64,000 nucleotides of DNA from contig JBEQLE010000001.1 of NCBI GenBank assembly GCA_040326155.1, positions 76,959 through 140,958 of the forward strand. The letters are read 5' to 3'. The notes under the pieces are model-generated. The model saw only the letters and a program-made list of their open reading frames with translations. It was not told where the DNA came from and made no database searches. This document shows, piece by piece, positions 59,536 through 64,000 of the stretch. Origin of the DNA: Leptospirales bacterium. GTDB lineage: Bacteria; Spirochaetota; Leptospiria; Turneriellales; JAOUFE01. Made by a program: the position numbers and the translations under genes. Each line of letters opens with the position of its first letter. Position 1 is the first letter of the stretch.

Positions 59536-60414
59536 ATGAATAAGAAAACATTCTGGCCAAACCTCTTTGAGAACTATATTATACGGTTCTCTGGTATATT
59601 GACTATCCTTATAATGTTATTGATAGTTGTTTTCTTAATGATTGAGGGTTTTCCTTTCTTATTTGAGTATAACTTCTTTAAATTTATATTTACCAGCGAT
59701 TGGTATCCTCTTTCTAGTAAATATGGAGCTCTACCGCTAATTTTTGGCAGCTTTTTTGTTACCTTTCTCGCGGCGATTATGGCCGTTCCGCTTTCACTGG
59801 CAACCGCACTCTTTATTTCTGAAATAGCTACGCCATCGCTTCGTACTTCGCTAAAAGTCAGCCTTGAAATACTCGCTTCTGTCCCATCGGTTGTTTTCGG
59901 CTTTTTAGGTATTTTAATACTCGGACCATTTTTTGAAAGCGCTTTTGGAATTCGAACCGGTTTAAACGCTTTTACGGCCGCTTTTTTACTCGCTTTTATG
60001 GCTATACCGACCATTGCTTCGGTGGCCGAAGAGTCTTTGCAATCTGTGCCCAAGGCCCTGCGGGAAGGTTCTTTAGCGCTTGGTGCGAATAAGTTTCAAA
60101 CTATGATGAAAATTACACTTCCGGCAGCCCAATCGGGTATTATAGCCGGTGTAATGCTCGGGGTCGGTCGGGCAATTGGTGAAACCATGACAGTCATGAT
60201 GGTAGCCGGTGGGTCGGCGCAAATTTCCCTCGGTATTTTTGAACCGGTAAGAACGATTACGGGGACCATTGCTTCTGAGATGGGTGAAGTCATTCATGGT
60301 GATGAGCACTACCATGCTCTTTTTATGCTGGGTTTTATTCTATTTCTTATAACGTTGACAATTAACACTGTAAGCTCCATGATCATTAAAAAAATAAAAG
60401 AGAATAAGGGATAA
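59536..60414 (+). CDS. pstC: Phosphate ABC transporter permease
   Basis: W.P....YG..PLI.GS, LASVPSVVFG, RAIGETM.V.M. Confidence 0.95.
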   Translation: MNKKTFWPNLFENYIIRFSGILTILIMLLIVVFLMIEGFPFLFEYNFFKFIFTSDWYPLSSKYGALPLIFGSFFVTFLAAIMAVPLSLATALFISEIATPSLRTSLKVSLEILASVPSVVFGFLGILILGPFFESAFGIRTGLNAFTAAFLLAFMAIPTIASVAEESLQSVPKALREGSLALGANKFQTMMKITLPAAQSGIIAGVMLGVGRAIGETMTVMMVAGGSAQISLGIFEPVRTITGTIASEMGEVIHGDEHYHALFMLGFILFLITLTINTVSSMIIKKIKENKG

Positions 60415-61272
60415 ATGGCTGAAGGCACTAAAAATATAAAAAGTTTAATCGGGTATGTATTTATTGGAATACTGGCCGCATCGACTATTATACCAATTCT
60501 TGGTATTCTTTTATTGATTACAGTAAAAGGTATTGGACGAGTCGATTTTATGTTTTTATTTGAAACGTCGACTTCCATGGAGACCGGTGGTATTTTTGCA
60601 CCCATATTCGGAACGATCATTCTGACAATGGTGACGATGTTGATCGCCGTACCTATTGGCATTTTGTCTGCCATTTATATGTCAGAATACGCCCGTAAAG
60701 GTCGCTTGTTTCATTTTATTGAAATGACAATAATTAACCTGGCCGGAGTCCCCTCGGTTGTTTACGGACTTTTTGGCCTGGGTATTTTTGTTTTACTTTT
60801 AAACATTGGCGTATCGATTTTAGCTGGTGCCCTGACCATGGGAGTTTTAATACTTCCATTAATTATTACAGTCTCGTACCAGGCCCTGCGCACGGTTCCC
60901 GATAGCCTGCGAGAAGCAAGTCTGGCTTTGGGCGCTACCCGGCTGCAAACTGTTTTTCGAGTTATTTTGCCGGCCTCCACGCCAGGCATACTGACCGGTA
61001 TTATATTAGCTACAGCAAGGGTTGCCGGCGAAACTGCTCCGGTTCTTTTTACCGCTGCAGCTTATTATTTACCAAGCCTGCCATCTACCGTATACGATAA
61101 AACAATGCTGCTCTCTTACCACCTTTATGCCATCAGTACGCAGGTGACCGGTGTCAGCGAAGAACAAAAATATGGTGTAACCTTTGTATTAATCTTTTTA
61201 GTCCTGGGCTTAAACGGCCTGGCAATTTTTATTCGGTCGAAAATATCGAAGAAACTCGGAGCCCTGAACTGA
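60415..61272 (+). CDS. pstA: Phosphate ABC transporter permease
   Basis: GGIF..I.GT, LAGVPSVVYGLFG, AR.AGETAP. Confidence 0.95.
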   Translation: MAEGTKNIKSLIGYVFIGILAASTIIPILGILLLITVKGIGRVDFMFLFETSTSMETGGIFAPIFGTIILTMVTMLIAVPIGILSAIYMSEYARKGRLFHFIEMTIINLAGVPSVVYGLFGLGIFVLLLNIGVSILAGALTMGVLILPLIITVSYQALRTVPDSLREASLALGATRLQTVFRVILPASTPGILTGIILATARVAGETAPVLFTAAAYYLPSLPSTVYDKTMLLSYHLYAISTQVTGVSEEQKYGVTFVLIFLVLGLNGLAIFIRSKISKKLGALN

Positions 61273-61289
61273 CCTGACGGAGAATTTGA

Positions 61290-62054
61290 ATGAGCAATAA
61301 TATAAAACTTTCAACAGAAAACCTCGACTTGTATTACGGTCAAACCCACGCCCTGAAAAATATTGGTCTTGAAATACCCGAAAAAAAAATAACCGCTTTT
61401 ATCGGCCCTTCCGGTTGCGGGAAATCGTCCCTTATGCGTTGTTTTAACCGAATGAATGATTTAATTGACGGTGTTCGTATAGAAGGTAAAGTTCTGTTAA
61501 ACGCTTCCGAAGATATTTACGACAAAAAACATGACGTAACCAGTTTGCGAAGAAGAGTCGGAATGGTTTTTCAAAAGCCAAACCCGTTTCCGAAATCTAT
61601 TTTCGATAATGTCGCCTACGGAATTCGGGTCGCCGGAGAAAAAGATAAAAGTAAAATAGAGTCCATAGTAGAAAGTTCCCTGAAACGAGTCGGCCTCTGG
61701 AACGAGGTTCATGAAAGGTTAAATAAATCGGCAATGCAACTTTCTGGCGGACAAGCCCAGAGACTCTGTATTGCGCGTTCTATTGCAACAGAACCTGATG
61801 TCATATTGATGGATGAACCGACATCGGCTCTTGACCCTATTGCCACTCAACTGGTCGAAGAGTTAACTTTTGAGCTAAAAGACCGTTACACCGTGGTTAT
61901 TGTAACCCATAATATGCAACAAGCGGCGCGTATATCCGATTTTACCAGTTTTTTCTATCTGGGCGAATTAATAGAAACCAACCCGACAAAAAAACTCTTT
62001 ACAAACCCGGATAGCGAATTAACAGAAAAGTACATTACAGGGAGATTCGGTTAA
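61290..62054 (+). CDS. pstB: Phosphate ABC transporter ATPase
   Basis: [43 protein letters not shown]. Confidence 0.97.
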   Translation: MSNNIKLSTENLDLYYGQTHALKNIGLEIPEKKITAFIGPSGCGKSSLMRCFNRMNDLIDGVRIEGKVLLNASEDIYDKKHDVTSLRRRVGMVFQKPNPFPKSIFDNVAYGIRVAGEKDKSKIESIVESSLKRVGLWNEVHERLNKSAMQLSGGQAQRLCIARSIATEPDVILMDEPTSALDPIATQLVEELTFELKDRYTVVIVTHNMQQAARISDFTSFFYLGELIETNPTKKLFTNPDSELTEKYITGRFG

Positions 62055-62692
62055 TGCTACAAATAGAAAAATCTATTCAGGAACTTCGTGAAAACCTGGA
62101 AAAAATGACAAATGCTACAGAGGGGATGGTTTGCGATGTAAAAGAGGCTCTTGAAGCTGAAGATCGTGAAGCACTAGAAGGTTTGTTTAAAAGCGATAAA
62201 GTACTCGATAAATTTGAAATGATACTCGACCAGCAGGCTGTTGCGCTGTTGGCCCAGATTAACCCTATGGCAACTGACCTCAGGTTTGTTTTTTCAGTAA
62301 TAAAACTAACCGTTGACCTCGAAAGAATCGGGGATGAGTGTAAAAATGTCGCTCGTGAAATGCGTTCTGTAAAAGGGGCAATTGTCCCGGAACTAAAAGA
62401 GATGGCCGTTAAAACCCACGATATGATAAAAGCAGCTTTTGAAGCCCTGCTGAAGCAAGACACAAAAAAAGCACGCGAAATTTTATTGATGGATGACGAA
62501 GTCGATAAACTAGAGTATGCCATTATAGGTAAATATACCAACAATATTGGAATTGCCTTTGTAGCCAAGGCTCTCGAAAGAATAGCCGACCATGCTACAA
62601 ATATAGCTGAAAATATAGTCTTTGTCATGGAAGGTATCGACATACGCCATGAGAACTCTATTCAAAACAGATTGGAAAAAAAAACGAAATGA
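62054..62692 (+). CDS. phoU: Phosphate signalling protein PhoU
   Basis: P.A.DLR, DLERIGD, LERIADHATNIAE. Confidence 0.95.
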   Translation: MLQIEKSIQELRENLEKMTNATEGMVCDVKEALEAEDREALEGLFKSDKVLDKFEMILDQQAVALLAQINPMATDLRFVFSVIKLTVDLERIGDECKNVAREMRSVKGAIVPELKEMAVKTHDMIKAAFEALLKQDTKKAREILLMDDEVDKLEYAIIGKYTNNIGIAFVAKALERIADHATNIAENIVFVMEGIDIRHENSIQNRLEKKTK

Positions 62693-62733
62693 CACTTTAC
62701 TTCATACTGGAAATAAACCGATAATAAAGACCA

Positions 62734-63591
62734 ATGAGTGTGCGCATAACATATTACGGTGTCAGAGGATCGACTCCATCACCAGGAAAAAACTTTATCG
62801 AATTTGGTGGTCACACGACTTGTGTGTTCATCGAAACTCCAACTGACAATATTATTATTGATGCAGGAACCGGTATACGGGTTTTAGGCAATGACCTTCT
62901 GAAAAAAAAATTTGGTTCAAGTGGCGGTCACGCGAATATTCTTTTCAGCCATACCCACTGGGACCACATACAAGGTTTGCCATTTTTTGTTCCTATCTAT
63001 ATGCCTCAAAATCGTTTCGACATTTACGGGGAAACAAAAGAGATTCCTGTAACGGAAACCGGGCCAAACCAAAACTGGTCCATTCACGATGTTTTATCGA
63101 TGCAGCAAAATTTTATGTATTTTCCGGTTGGTACCAAAGACCTGGCTTCCGCTGTTGACTACCATGTGTTAAAGCCCCATGAAACGTTAGAACTCGGCGG
63201 AGTTAAAGTCGAAACCATTCGTCTTTCTCACCCGAATAGCTCTCTCGGTTTTTGCTTTTACATCGGTGATAAAAAATACGCTTTTTGTACCGACGTAGAA
63301 CATAGCCCCGAAATGATCGATACACTTGCTGAATTTGCAAAAGACGCTGAAGTAATAGCGTATGACTGCCAATATGAACCCAAAGAGTATGCTGCGACAA
63401 AAACCGGCTGGGGGCATTCAACTTATGAAGTTGGCATTCAAATCGCCCAAAAAGGGAATATTAAAAACCTGCATATGATACACCACGACCCTATGCATGA
63501 TGATACCAAACTTCTGGCAATGGAACAAGAGACGCAAAAACTATTCCCGAATGCAATTATGGTTCGCGAAGGTTTGTCAATAGAACTTTAA
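62734..63591 (+). CDS. MBL-fold metallo-hydrolase
   Basis: GVRGS, GG.T.CV, DAGTG, SHTHWDH, TD.EH, WGHS, HHDP. Confidence 0.9.
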   Translation: MSVRITYYGVRGSTPSPGKNFIEFGGHTTCVFIETPTDNIIIDAGTGIRVLGNDLLKKKFGSSGGHANILFSHTHWDHIQGLPFFVPIYMPQNRFDIYGETKEIPVTETGPNQNWSIHDVLSMQQNFMYFPVGTKDLASAVDYHVLKPHETLELGGVKVETIRLSHPNSSLGFCFYIGDKKYAFCTDVEHSPEMIDTLAEFAKDAEVIAYDCQYEPKEYAATKTGWGHSTYEVGIQIAQKGNIKNLHMIHHDPMHDDTKLLAMEQETQKLFPNAIMVREGLSIEL

Positions 63592-63605
63592 GCTGAGTTT
63601 AGCTT

Positions 63606-64000
63606 CTAAATTAAATTGAAAATACGTTCCATTTTTGCAGCCCTGGAACCTTTCACCAGCAAGTGATCTCCCGGTTTCATTTTTTCTTTTAACAAAGAAA
63701 CGCCTTTTTCAAACTGTGCCTGGTTTGTTGTAAAACAAATATCACCATCTTTTAAAACCGAAAAGTAACCATCTTTGAAAGCCTCGCAAACCGTTGCATC
63801 TGGGCAGCAAAAAAGAATAAAACGAAAATCAGACTGAGCGGCAACTCTACCGAGTTCTTTATGAGCTGAGACACTGAATTCTCCCAACTCCCCCATCATG
63901 CCAAAGGCACCGAATTTCGCACTTTGTTTAGCGACTTCATTTACAAAATCAATTCCAGCTTTAAAAGATGCGGGGTTGGCATTGTAGGAATCGTCCCATA
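63606..64000 (-). CDS. murF: UDP-MurNAc-tripeptide D-Ala-D-Ala ligase, C-terminal part (5' end outside window)
   Basis: DDSYNANPAS, M.ELG....AH, LLVKGSR...ME. Confidence 0.9.
   Translation of the reverse strand, partial: WDDSYNANPASFKAGIDFVNEVAKQSAKFGAFGMMGELGEFSVSAHKELGRVAAQSDFRFILFCCPDATVCEAFKDGYFSVLKDGDICFTTNQAQFEKGVSLLKEKMKPGDHLLVKGSRAAKMERIFNLI

Overview
Bacterial chromosome window. The host is inferred to be a spirochaete, probably Leptospiraceae-like, from the topA-xerC-hslV-hslU order, the TPR proteins and a lipoprotein; this was not verified by search. Left flank (1-17.3 kb) is mostly housekeeping: ispH, two TPR proteins, hslUV, xerC, topA, a CxxCH membrane protein, a sigma-70 factor, tsaD and a small XRE-regulated redox operon. 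The centre (17.5-44.8 kb) is a ~27 kb headless contractile phage-tail locus (eCIS/tailocin-like), bracketed by two ~130-bp direct repeats that can fold into hairpins. It encodes sheath, tube, a tail chaperone with a probable -1 frameshift, hub, spike, gp25, baseplate J and wedge. It also carries three alleles of a modular tail fibre; the two full-length ones end in tandem S74 and G2 autocleaving chaperones. A 1213-aa metallophosphoesterase (candidate cargo) shares an unnamed N-terminal domain with a small protein in the structural operon. No capsid, terminase, portal, lysis, T6SS membrane or AAA+ genes were recognised. Next come an IS3 3' remnant, a type I R-M system interrupted by HigBA and uncharacterised genes, a lamin-tail lipoprotein and a Doc TA pair. 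The right flank returns to housekeeping: DUF599, aat, pstCAB-phoU, an MBL hydrolase and partial murF. All assignments come from reading motifs by eye; no database searches were run.
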